From an uncultured marine group III euryarchaeote (GTDB taxonomy: Archaea; Thermoplasmatota; Poseidoniia; MGIII; CG-Epi1): DNA of 64,000 nt. Positions 38,264-47,126 of the stretch are shown here, piece by piece; position 1 is the first letter of the stretch, and every line of letters starts with the position of its first letter. Both the position numbers and the translations under genes were made by a program. The stretch covers positions 32,774 to 96,773 of the forward strand of contig CACOJW010000005.1 of assembly GCA_902627615.1 (NCBI GenBank). The letters run 5' to 3'. The notes under the pieces were generated by a model. The model made no database searches. It had not been told where the DNA came from and saw only the letters and a list, made by a program, of their open reading frames with translations.

Positions 38264-39589
38264 CTATCTTGTTCCCCAAGATCTCTCTCTTAGAGTCAAT
38301 AGGGCCCAAGGCAACATGAACAATGTTGCAAAAATCCACAATGGCATCATAGGCATGAATGAAAAGAACCCAACCCTATCTGCAGGCGGCATTTGAAATG
38401 CCCAATAGAATGTCTGGTGTAACATTACAATCATAGTAAGTCCACTAGCATAAGTCAAAGGATTAGTGACTCCGGTAATTGGACCATAGATTAAGAAATA
38501 CCCGACGACAAAAGGTGCCATTAAAGTTACGAATAAAACTCCGTAAAATGCTAAAGCCGCAGGTCTAGGCCTTCTCCACATATGGCTTACTGCACTAATG
38601 GATTCCATCAAAAATGATCTACGCCATCGAATCTGCTGACGTATCCACTGCATAAGTGTGTATGGCACTGCAGTTCGAGCTACTGCATTTGGAACATATA
38701 TAGTATCATAGCCATCTCTCAAAAGTAAATTTGTAAGGCCTCTATCATCTCCGTAAGTTCTCTTAAGTCCTAAAAATGTTTGATTTAACCATTCTTTCAT
38801 TCTAGGCTTAATGATATTTGTACGATAAATACTGAAAGCTCCTGAGCAACAAATAACACTGCCAAAATAGGATTCCAAAGATTTAAAGGATCTGAATGCA
38901 ATAAAATACTGTTGTGTTTGCATCCTAGTTAGCCAATTAACTTTCGCATTTTTTACATCTGTATGTCCACAAACTGCACCGATTTTTGGTGAATAAAAAC
39001 CCCTAACACCTTCTTTAATGGCATCTGCTTCAATAACCGAATCACTATCTACTAAGATAGTCAACTCTGATTTGTGGTGTTTCATACCTACTGCTATGGC
39101 TTCTCTTTTGCCTACATTATCAGCTAAATGAATAACTTCACATCCAAATTCCTTACCACATTTATCCATCCATTCTGCTGTATCATCATCACTACCGTCA
39201 TTAATCAGAATTACTTTCAGTTTACTTTTTGGATAATCTGCTCTATACAAAGCTTCAGCAGTATCATATATTGCATCTGATTCATTCTTAGCAGGAACAA
39301 TTACAGTTACTGTTGGCTCATACTCACCAAGCCCAAGCAACGGAGGATTATACAATGCAAAGAAAACGTAACGTGATAATATTAGAACTGCAACTAACCA
39401 CATGTAAATGATAAACATGGGATGAAACTCCAGGTTAAGCCCGAGGCGAATAGCAAATACTATACAAACTAATCCAACAAAGAACATCCAAAATGCTAAT
39501 TGTTGCCTAGTCTTTATTTTAAGAAACTTCCGCAAACTAAACATAGACTCTGTCGGCCCGTCATCTGTAATTTTGTGCGTAGAAACCAT
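38264..39589 (-). CDS. Processive family-2 glycosyltransferase, hyaluronan/chitin-synthase (HasA/NodC)-like
   Basis: 'VIVPAKNES', 'LINDGSDDDT', 'VDSDS', 'YGDDRGLTN', 'QQIRWRRS' (Q-x-x-RW), flanked by TM helices. Confidence 0.8.
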   Translation of the reverse strand: MVSTHKITDDGPTESMFSLRKFLKIKTRQQLAFWMFFVGLVCIVFAIRLGLNLEFHPMFIIYMWLVAVLILSRYVFFALYNPPLLGLGEYEPTVTVIVPAKNESDAIYDTAEALYRADYPKSKLKVILINDGSDDDTAEWMDKCGKEFGCEVIHLADNVGKREAIAVGMKHHKSELTILVDSDSVIEADAIKEGVRGFYSPKIGAVCGHTDVKNAKVNWLTRMQTQQYFIAFRSFKSLESYFGSVICCSGAFSIYRTNIIKPRMKEWLNQTFLGLKRTYGDDRGLTNLLLRDGYDTIYVPNAVARTAVPYTLMQWIRQQIRWRRSFLMESISAVSHMWRRPRPAALAFYGVLFVTLMAPFVVGYFLIYGPITGVTNPLTYASGLTMIVMLHQTFYWAFQMPPADRVGFFSFMPMMPLWIFATLFMLPWALLTLRERSWGTR

Positions 39590-39799
39590 AGTTTAGAGCA
39601 AACACCAACATGTACTTTTCGATACAGTATATAATACTAGTTACTTCGTCAAATACTGAATTTTAGAGGTGTTAAAATTTGAAATATTCACTTTTTCACG
39701 AAGAACTGACGAAAAATCGATTTACCATTATACGACAATCTACGTATTTCTATTCGCTAATCTATAATAAGATATGAATTTCTACTTCAACAGAACAAA

Positions 39800-40618
39800 T
39801 TAGGAATAATGTGTCCAGCCTTCTGGAATATAGGCATGACTTAATGCCATAACATAGAGGAAACAAAGTCCTAGAAATATGATCCTAAGAGGTCTAAATG
39901 TTGGTGTAAAAATATTAAGCCAAAAGTAAGAATAGAGGAACAGTAGCAAAAATCCCTCTATTGAAGGCAAGTAGCCAGCTACAACGCCGTCACCAAAACC
40001 CCACCAATCTCCCCAAACTGTAGGCTCCATTCTTTGCTCAGCCCCTCCGGAACCAAATACCCAAATATCAAATTGAATGTTTGGAGCCGTGGCCTGTCCC
40101 CCGATTAATAGCCTGGCTAATCCCTCTAATATTCTCAGTGGTCCAAAAAATACTATCCAAACTGGAAAGCTAACATATGGTACCATTCCCCATATTGGCA
40201 TTATTACTCCGAAGATTGCCTTTCTTTTCCAGTTCTGAAGAAATACTGGAGTAGATACTACAACTCCTGAGGTTTCGTACAATGGATTAGTATCAGACGT
40301 TGTAGATGACTTATCTCCTTCTTTCCATATCCTATAAGCCTCACTTTCTTGTGAAATGTCTCCGTTTGATTTCGATTCATATGATGAGGAGGGCAAATTC
40401 TTTGGTGATGCTGAGCCCGGCCAACTACCTAATTGACTAGGATTTTTCTCACTAGATGAAGCTGGACGTAATCTATCCAATGGCACATTTCCTTCAAAAT
40501 CTCCATCATCAAATTTAATATCAAATGTATTTCCATTAATCGATGCAACAGTTCCTCTGAAGCTGATGCCCCGGTTTTGCCAATTACATTCAACTCTATC
40601 ACCAATTCTAAAAGGCAT
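39800..40618 (-). CDS. Membrane protein with N-terminal Tudor/SH3-like barrel (tentative)
   Basis: 'FRIGDRVECNWQNRGISFRGTVASINGNTFDIKFDDGD', then an S/P-rich linker and a multi-TM C-terminal half. Confidence 0.4.
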   Translation of the reverse strand: MPFRIGDRVECNWQNRGISFRGTVASINGNTFDIKFDDGDFEGNVPLDRLRPASSSEKNPSQLGSWPGSASPKNLPSSSYESKSNGDISQESEAYRIWKEGDKSSTTSDTNPLYETSGVVVSTPVFLQNWKRKAIFGVIMPIWGMVPYVSFPVWIVFFGPLRILEGLARLLIGGQATAPNIQFDIWVFGSGGAEQRMEPTVWGDWWGFGDGVVAGYLPSIEGFLLLFLYSYFWLNIFTPTFRPLRIIFLGLCFLYVMALSHAYIPEGWTHYS

Positions 40619-40705
40619 AAATATTCAATAAAATACACTATTAATACTTGCATTGCATAAATATATATAATCTCAAAAAGGAAGCTAATTAGGGCGCACT
40701 AATAA

Positions 40706-41335
40706 ATGGAAAATATTTCAGACTATATTATCATTTTTAGCTATATGGTTTTTTTGAGCTATTCTCCAGGTCCAAACAACATTTTATGCTCAATAAATGG
40801 AACAAAGTATGGATGGCAAAAGACAATACCCTTAATCACAGGGATGGTTTTTGGATTTTTCCTTGTGGGATTTATTACTAGCCTAAGTATTGAGTTCATT
40901 AAAGGACAAGAAGATTTACTAGATTCAATGAAGTACCTTTGCTGCGCTTACCTTTTATATTTATCATATATGATAATAAATGATGATCCAAACCAATACA
41001 AAGAAGACGTTGAAGCACTGGAAAGTCCAATGCAATTTAAAAATGGATTTGTATTACAATTTATTAATGGAAAAGTAATTTTTTACTATATAATTTTAAT
41101 GACAGTTTATGCTGCAAGATTAGGTAGCGCTTATTCGATAAAGTTTGGATTGTTATTGGGAGCTTCATTTGTTGGATTAACTGCAATTTCTGCTTGGACT
41201 GTAGCTGGCGTCTTTCTGAGAAAATTTCTATCTGATTCCGACCGGGCTAAAAATACTAATTATGTATTGGGATTTTTACTAGGAATAGTGGCTCTCGATT
41301 TAGCTTTTCACGACCTAATTTTTACTATTTTGTAA
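40706..41335 (+). CDS. LysE/RhtB-family amino-acid exporter
   Basis: 'FLSYSPGPNNILCSINGTKYG' N-terminal signature, about 6 TM helices, 209 aa. Confidence 0.7.
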   Translation: MENISDYIIIFSYMVFLSYSPGPNNILCSINGTKYGWQKTIPLITGMVFGFFLVGFITSLSIEFIKGQEDLLDSMKYLCCAYLLYLSYMIINDDPNQYKEDVEALESPMQFKNGFVLQFINGKVIFYYIILMTVYAARLGSAYSIKFGLLLGASFVGLTAISAWTVAGVFLRKFLSDSDRAKNTNYVLGFLLGIVALDLAFHDLIFTIL

Positions 41336-41381
41336 GCTGCATAAACTGCGTGCATCAGTGCACAGCAGTAGGCCATTATTC

Positions 41382-41390
41382 TTATATATA
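41382..41390 (+). promoter_or_regulatory. TATA-box-like element upstream of the rhodopsin gene
   Basis: 'ttatatata' lies 21-29 nt upstream of ATG 41411. That spacing is compatible with a leaderless or very short-leader archaeal transcript. Confidence 0.4.
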
Positions 41391-41410
41391 CATCCATAAA
41401 ATGTTTCAGT

Positions 41411-42208
41411 ATGTTAAACAATCGAACTCTTGGTTTGACCGTTTTAGTTGGCTTGCTTTTCGCAGGAAGTGCTAGTGCTGAAACAACACCATTGTCAGAG
41501 AACGACATGGTTGCAGTAAGTTTCTGGATTGCAACCGCAATGATGTTTGCTTCAACCATATTCTTCCTCGTCGAAAGAAATAATGTAGCTCCAAAATGGA
41601 GAACATCAATGACTGTAGCAGCATTGGTAACTGGTGTCGCATGGTATCACTATACTTACATGAGAGACCACTGGGTTATGACAAAAGCAATAGATGGTAC
41701 TGGTGAAAGTCCTTTAGTCCTAAGATACATTGACTGGTTAATTACCGTTCCACTTCAAGTTGCTGAATTTTATCTTATTCTAGCAGCAATAGGTGTTGCA
41801 TCTGCCGCACTTTTCTGGAGATTATTTGGAGCATCTATCATAATGCTAGTATTCGGATTCCTCGGAGAATCTGGAGAGATGAATGCAATGCTTGCCTGGG
41901 GTATCGGAGTTGTAGCATGGGCATACATCGTCTATGAAGTCTGGGTTGGAGATGCAAAGAAAGCTTCTGAAAAAGCAAGTGAAGGAACACAACTTGCTTT
42001 CACTTACATGACATACATACTTACCTTTGGATGGGCTATCTATCCTCTTGGTTACCTCTACGGAGAGGGAGTCTTTGGAGACGAAGACTTAGATATGCTA
42101 AACATTGTTTACAACATCGCAGATGTAGTTAACAAAACAGCATTTGGTATGATGATCTGGTATGCTGCAACAGTAGACACTGCTGCTGCTGCTGAATCAG
42201 AAGATTAA
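41411..42208 (+). CDS. Proteorhodopsin (light-driven proton pump, DTE motif, Gln at the spectral-tuning position)
   Basis: Signal peptide 'LVGLLFAGSASA'. 'RYIDWLITVPLQVAEFY' gives D108/T112/E119 (PR D97/T101/E108 equivalents) and Q116 (codon 41756-41758, PR position-105 equivalent). Schiff-base Lys in 'IADVVNKTAFG'. Confidence 0.92.
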   Translation: MLNNRTLGLTVLVGLLFAGSASAETTPLSENDMVAVSFWIATAMMFASTIFFLVERNNVAPKWRTSMTVAALVTGVAWYHYTYMRDHWVMTKAIDGTGESPLVLRYIDWLITVPLQVAEFYLILAAIGVASAALFWRLFGASIIMLVFGFLGESGEMNAMLAWGIGVVAWAYIVYEVWVGDAKKASEKASEGTQLAFTYMTYILTFGWAIYPLGYLYGEGVFGDEDLDMLNIVYNIADVVNKTAFGMMIWYAATVDTAAAAESED

Positions 42209-42219
42209 GTCGTCACGGT

Positions 42220-42243
42220 GTCGCCCCTTAACTAAGGGGCGAC
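42220..42243 (+). terminator. GC-rich hairpin immediately downstream of the rhodopsin gene
   Basis: GTCGCCCC (42220-42227) pairs with GGGGCGAC (42236-42243), starting 12 nt after the stop codon. No T-run follows, so terminator function is inferred only. Confidence 0.4.
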
Positions 42244-42294
42244 TCCAAAACGCATAAGTGTTAATCCTAATTTAATCCCCTCTATTCTCATCCT

Positions 42295-42615
42295 ATGAAA
42301 GTAGGACTTGTTATCAGTCAAACAGACCCTGAAACTGTATGGAATGCTTTTAGGTTTGCTAATTTTTCAATAGATAAAGGCCACAACGTTAGAATATTTT
42401 TAATTGGAAAAGGCGTAGAATCTGTCGATATTGATCACGAAGAATTTAATGTTATAGAAGAAGTCAATAAATACGTAGATAATAAGGGTGAAATATTTGC
42501 TTGCGGAACATGCCTTGTATCACGCAATAAGCAAGGAAGTCCAATATGTCCTATGTCCACTATGAATGATCTTATGGAATTAGTAGAAGAATCTGACAAA
42601 GTAATTTCATTCTGA
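42295..42615 (+). CDS. DsrE-family protein
   Basis: 'MKVGLVISQTDPETVWNAFRFANFSIDKGHNVRIFLIGKGVE' and 'ACGTCL'. 106 aa. Confidence 0.6.
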   Translation: MKVGLVISQTDPETVWNAFRFANFSIDKGHNVRIFLIGKGVESVDIDHEEFNVIEEVNKYVDNKGEIFACGTCLVSRNKQGSPICPMSTMNDLMELVEESDKVISF

Positions 42616-42849
42616 TTTTTTACCAACCCACTTTGAAGCCTGGCGCCTGTAATACTTCTTAAATTTACGATTAAGATGCTTCATATCTACCCATAGACTA
42701 AAGTCTCATCTAAAAATATTACTGTAATAAAATGGATTTTAATAAAGATTATTAAATTAAATAATAAATTTAACGTTAAACGATAATTTAATCTGAAAAT
42801 TAATAATTTATTTATGCTACCGAATAACAAGACAATTAGTAAGTATTAG

Positions 42850-44211
42850 TTAATCTTTTTCCTCTTCTATTGTCTCTGCAACAACTGCTTCAGCTTCTAC
42901 TACATCTCCAGATTTTTCTGTTTCTTCTTCAACCACTTCAGCGACAACAGCTTCAGATTTGGTCACATCTTTGGAATCGCCTACCGTTTCTTCTACAACT
43001 TCGACAGCTACAGCCTCACCTTCAACAATTACCTCAGAAGAATCTGATTCAACCGATTCTACGCTAACTATTGCTTCATTCTTTACTTCAAAATCTGATT
43101 CTTTATCTTTGTCTACAGTTTTGTCCTTGCCATCTACAACATTTGGCTCTTTAGAATCATCTGACACTTCATTGTCTACAGTTTGCTTAACAGATTGGAA
43201 AGACTCACCCCCTTCATCGTCTACAGTTTCTGCCAGAGCTTCCTCTTCACTTCCATCCTCTATAGAATTAAGGTCTTTACTCTCTAAGGCTTCATATAAA
43301 TCTGAAGCTGCATACAGTATCTCTCCAGTTCCTTCATCAAACAAAGTCATCGCATCTTCATCATAAAATAATTCTTTGTCATTATCTACATGAGAACTAA
43401 CTACTTCGCCAGTATTAACATCAAAAAGTATACGGCCTTCTGAATCAAAAAATAATTCGGGTTCACTTTCCATTCTCTCTACTACTTCCTCAAACCTTTG
43501 ATAAACCGTAGAAAGAAGATAAACGGAAGGACCTAAGACACCTATTACGAATATTATGAAGGCTGGCCCAACAGTCCACACAGACTGAAGTATTGCACGT
43601 TCACCACCAACCTTACCTTCACAGCCATCAACACTTCCAACTACCGTTATATCTTCTTGATATAAGCAGGCTTTTTCTGTTTCATAATGATCTTCATACA
43701 TGGCATTTGGTATTCCTGAAACTGCGTAGAGTGCTAAAAATAAAACAAATACAATAACTGCCATATATCCTCCAAATATAACTGCAAGAATATCATTTTT
43801 ACCGATACCTGGCAAAAGTTTTCTCTTAATTATATCATGCCAGAAGTAGTCCAAAACAAAAATAAAAATTGAGCAAAGTAATGCGATGAACATAGTTGCA
43901 TAGAGCACTAATCCCAAGTTGTAGAATACTGTCGATCTCTGCTCATAACCATCAGAAGAATAAGGTAAATTAGATTCTAAAGGCGTTTGTCTATCGGGGT
44001 CTGTATAATCAACTACTTTGACCTCATTCAAATAATAATCATAATCTGAATAATCGATTAATTTAGTAGCATCTTCGTCTGTGGCTGAATATTGATAAAA
44101 TTCTTCAACAATAAACCATGTTCCAAAACTTCCTCCCATGTATAGCACTATGACTGCTACAATTACAGGAACTACAGATACTGCCTGTGATATCTTCTGA
44201 GATGTGTTCAC
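42850..44211 (-). CDS. Multi-TM membrane protein with acidic repetitive C-terminal tail
   Basis: About 5 TM helices. Internal duplication 'ELFFDSEGRILFDVNTGEVV' / 'ELFYDEDAMTLFDEGTGEIL'. Tail of E/V/A-rich ~21-aa units. Confidence 0.55.
   Translation of the reverse strand: MNTSQKISQAVSVVPVIVAVIVLYMGGSFGTWFIVEEFYQYSATDEDATKLIDYSDYDYYLNEVKVVDYTDPDRQTPLESNLPYSSDGYEQRSTVFYNLGLVLYATMFIALLCSIFIFVLDYFWHDIIKRKLLPGIGKNDILAVIFGGYMAVIVFVLFLALYAVSGIPNAMYEDHYETEKACLYQEDITVVGSVDGCEGKVGGERAILQSVWTVGPAFIIFVIGVLGPSVYLLSTVYQRFEEVVERMESEPELFFDSEGRILFDVNTGEVVSSHVDNDKELFYDEDAMTLFDEGTGEILYAASDLYEALESKDLNSIEDGSEEEALAETVDDEGGESFQSVKQTVDNEVSDDSKEPNVVDGKDKTVDKDKESDFEVKNEAIVSVESVESDSSEVIVEGEAVAVEVVEETVGDSKDVTKSEAVVAEVVEEETEKSGDVVEAEAVVAETIEEEKD
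42878..43035 (-). repeat. About three imperfect ~63-nt tandem units encoding the 'EAVVAEVVEE' acidic repeats
   Basis: 'gcaacaactgcttcagc' at 42878 and 'gcgacaacagcttcaga' at 42941 are 63 nt apart. A related unit lies near 43001. Confidence 0.55.
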
Positions 44212-44376
44212 AATGATACCTTATTAGTCCATTATTTAATATTTTATGATGGCTTTGATAAAGGACTATGCTTTATATTATAACTTTTGCTTAAATAATA
44301 ATCAAAATTAAATCACATAATTGTCAAAAAAATGTCATATAGTTATTAATACTCTCACTTTTTGTGAATTAATCTG

Positions 44377-47010
44377 ATGGGTGCAAAATTACGACTATTG
44401 TTTCTCTTGGTTGCGTCATTAATAGGGATTAGTTTTGCACTCATTCCAGCAACTGAAGCTGAAACGCCTCACCAGATTGAAGGAATCGCTCATCAAGATG
44501 CGAAAATTGAAAATATAATCTCGATAATTGTCAATAATGAAGTAGAAAAAGAAATTCCTTATAGTTTAACATTGGACATTTTTAGTGAAGATCTACAAGA
44601 AAGCATCGATATAGAATCATCAAACCATGTCTTTTCTATTGATGGAATACAGACATACCGTGCTAATTTTACCTTCACTATACCTAGCTCGGGGAATTAC
44701 TTATTCAATATCACCTTACTATCCAATGACGATGGACAAATTAGCTCTTACAGCATTGGTAACGAATACTTATTCTATGAGAGTACACTCACTAATTTAG
44801 AAAACACTATAACCGACTATTACCTTGATGAAAATGACCATGCAAATTGGATTTATAACGATAATGAAAATCTAATTTCTCTAATTAATATAGAAGACGA
44901 ATATAATACTGGAATCGTATTAGGTCCTTACGATACTCTAGGAAAGGAAAAAAATAAACTAAATATCAACACTTTCTTTGAAAAAGCTGAAAGTACACAA
45001 TATTCCATTTCATATTGCAAAGATTTCAACTCTGAGCAACTTTACAGTACTGTTTGGAATCAGATATATTCTTTCAATAATGACAGCCCGAATAATCTTG
45101 AGATAGACCTCGAGGAAGGGTCCAACATTTACCTTAGAATTTTGGCAATTGACTATGAAAATAATCCTTCTAGCTATTGGAACATTGTTAGTATTGAGCA
45201 CAAATACGTTACAATAAAGCATCAGGTAAATGTATATCATGATGAACATTATTTTTTCAATATAGATGAACTTCCCGAAATTGCAATTAATTTAGAAAAT
45301 ACGGGCAAATTTAATCAACAAATTGGAAACATATCTATCGCTATCAATCTATATTCAAATGGCGAACTAATAGAAACATACACTAGCAGCCCTAACCTTC
45401 TCTCGAACGAAATACAAGATATTAATTTTAGATTACCTAATTTAGATGCTGGAAATCATTATTGCAGTATTCAAGTATTACTAATTGATGAAAATGTATA
45501 CTATTTAGAAGACATAATCCTAATCTCAGTATCGAGCACAAACTTAGGTAATGTTTTACCGTTAGTTTCTAGCTTTGAAAAACTAAATTTATTAATTGAA
45601 GCCGATGACATTTCTACACTTGAATATGAAACTATTAATTTAGTAAACAATTTCTACATAATACCAATAGTAAGCGAAAATGAAATCACTATCTCACAAG
45701 AAAATTTTAGGTTAATATCTGCTATAAGCATGGATCAGAACAAATTTAAGATAGTAGCTGATGAAGAGAGCCAGGATACCGTAGAAGGAATTTTAGCCCC
45801 ATTAGTAATTTTCGAAGACTTTACTAATTACAATGTTAAAATAAATTTAGAGAATGAAGGATTTTATTCTGAAAATTATCAAATTTCTTACTTCTTTGCT
45901 TCAGCCTTCATTCAATCTGTTGAAGGACCCGAATCAATAACACTTGATGCTGGGAAAAGTACAGGCCTTGAAATCAATTTGATGCCGCATTACAAAATTC
46001 CACGTGAGGGAGGAAGCCAATTACGCGTAGAAATTTCTGACAAATACGAAACAAAAGCTATCACTTACATTCTTAGTTATTCTGCAACTACTATTGAAAT
46101 CACTGAGCAAAAATGTAACAAGCACTCATTACTATTAGGACAGGAAATCACCTGCAATTCTTCTATTTTAAATAGTGGATATACTAGTAATTCACTCTCG
46201 GTTGATATAATTGTTACAAGCGATAATGAAGAAAAACAAATAATTGATCAAGTGAGCATTGATGAGTTGCGTAACGGTGAATCTGTAGTAATACAAACAA
46301 CCTATTTTCCAAAAAATGATGCTAACTTCAGAATAGGGATAGAAATCAACAGTGAAGGAAATTTACTAAGCTCAAAGCAGATCCTTGAAAATATTAATGT
46401 AGTTTCAGCCACAGATGAGCAAGAAACTTCAGTCAATGTAATCTCTACTCCTAAAATCAAACTAACTCATTCTGTCTTAGCAATTTCTTTTGCTGGAATG
46501 GTATTTCAATTCCGTAGATCTGAAAATTTCCGATATTTAACATTTAAATTTTTCATACCCTTGTACTCAAGACTACAAAAAGATACTTTGGCCGATGAAC
46601 CTACTCGTCAAAAATTATTGAATACTATCTATACTGAACCCGGTACTAATTTTACACTATTAAAAGAGAAGTTAGGCTTGCATAATGGAACTTTGTCTCA
46701 CCATATTAATATTCTCGAGAATAACAATATGATAACCTCTCATAGAAGTGGCAGACAACGTTTATTCTTTCCCTTTGGAGGGGTTCTGAATAATAAACTA
46801 AGGACCTCATTAATTACAAATAAAACCCAAAAGGACATAATAACAATTGTAAAAGACAATCCTGGTATAACACAATCCATGGTTTCAAGGAATTTGAACG
46901 TAAGCAGACAAAAAGTGAACTACCATGTTAATTGCTTATCAAATGAATCAATAATAAAAGTTGAAAAGCAGGGAAGAATAACGCGACTCTACCCGATGCA
47001 CTTCACTTAG
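44377..47010 (+). CDS. Large secreted/membrane-anchored protein with two cytoplasmic winged-helix (ArsR-like) domains at the C-terminus
   Basis: Signal peptide 'LLFLLVASLIGISFALIPATEA', ~680-aa Asn/Ile-rich ectodomain, TM 'VLAISFAGMVFQF'. Then 'PTRQKLLNTIYTEPGTNFTLLKEKLGLHNGTLSHHINILENNNMITSHRSGRQRLFFP' and 'QKDIITIVKDNPGITQSMVSRNLNVSRQKVNYHVNCLSNESIIKVEKQGRITRLY'. Confidence 0.6.
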   Translation: MGAKLRLLFLLVASLIGISFALIPATEAETPHQIEGIAHQDAKIENIISIIVNNEVEKEIPYSLTLDIFSEDLQESIDIESSNHVFSIDGIQTYRANFTFTIPSSGNYLFNITLLSNDDGQISSYSIGNEYLFYESTLTNLENTITDYYLDENDHANWIYNDNENLISLINIEDEYNTGIVLGPYDTLGKEKNKLNINTFFEKAESTQYSISYCKDFNSEQLYSTVWNQIYSFNNDSPNNLEIDLEEGSNIYLRILAIDYENNPSSYWNIVSIEHKYVTIKHQVNVYHDEHYFFNIDELPEIAINLENTGKFNQQIGNISIAINLYSNGELIETYTSSPNLLSNEIQDINFRLPNLDAGNHYCSIQVLLIDENVYYLEDIILISVSSTNLGNVLPLVSSFEKLNLLIEADDISTLEYETINLVNNFYIIPIVSENEITISQENFRLISAISMDQNKFKIVADEESQDTVEGILAPLVIFEDFTNYNVKINLENEGFYSENYQISYFFASAFIQSVEGPESITLDAGKSTGLEINLMPHYKIPREGGSQLRVEISDKYETKAITYILSYSATTIEITEQKCNKHSLLLGQEITCNSSILNSGYTSNSLSVDIIVTSDNEEKQIIDQVSIDELRNGESVVIQTTYFPKNDANFRIGIEINSEGNLLSSKQILENINVVSATDEQETSVNVISTPKIKLTHSVLAISFAGMVFQFRRSENFRYLTFKFFIPLYSRLQKDTLADEPTRQKLLNTIYTEPGTNFTLLKEKLGLHNGTLSHHINILENNNMITSHRSGRQRLFFPFGGVLNNKLRTSLITNKTQKDIITIVKDNPGITQSMVSRNLNVSRQKVNYHVNCLSNESIIKVEKQGRITRLYPMHFT

Positions 47011-47087
47011 TGGTGGGCCAGACGGGATTCGAACCCGCGGTCGATCGGTTAAGAGCCGATCGCTTTACCTAGCTAAGCTACTGGCCC
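47011..47087 (-). tRNA. tRNA-Lys (anticodon CUU) with genomically encoded CCA
   Basis: The reverse complement folds as a cloverleaf: acceptor GGGCCAG/CTGGCCC, D-stem GCTT/AAGC, anticodon stem ATCGG/CCGAT with loop CTCTTAA, 5-nt variable loop, T-arm GCGGG-TTCGAAT-CCCGT, discriminator A plus CCA. 77 nt. Confidence 0.9.
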
Positions 47088-47126
47088 TGCAATCTCATCA
47101 GAAAAAAGTGCTTAAAATAATTATAT

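Noticed and set aside
39649-39717. Imperfect inverted repeat (agttacttcgt ... acgaagaact) in the 210-nt spacer upstream of the GT2 synthase gene.
   Set aside because: The stem has a mismatch or bulge and a ~47-nt loop. That is insufficient to call a structured RNA or operator.
42607-42684. 25-codon basic micro-ORF on the minus strand (MKHLNRKFKKYYRRQASKWVGKKSE) downstream of the DsrE-like gene.
   Set aside because: It overlaps the 3' end of the DsrE-like gene, has no promoter signal I could see, and bears no convincing resemblance to small ribosomal proteins.
42870-43366. Plus-strand ORFs (65 and 135 aa) rich in Leu/Gln or Ser/Thr, opposite the acidic tail.
   Set aside because: They are artefacts of the GAA/GTT-rich repeat read on the opposite strand.
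34480-47087. Idea that the recombinase and tRNA-Lys delimit an integrated element.
   Set aside because: The interval contains core-type genes (proteorhodopsin, LysE), the recombinase is 11.6 kb from the tRNA, and I could not find a duplicated tRNA 3' segment. The idea is not supported.
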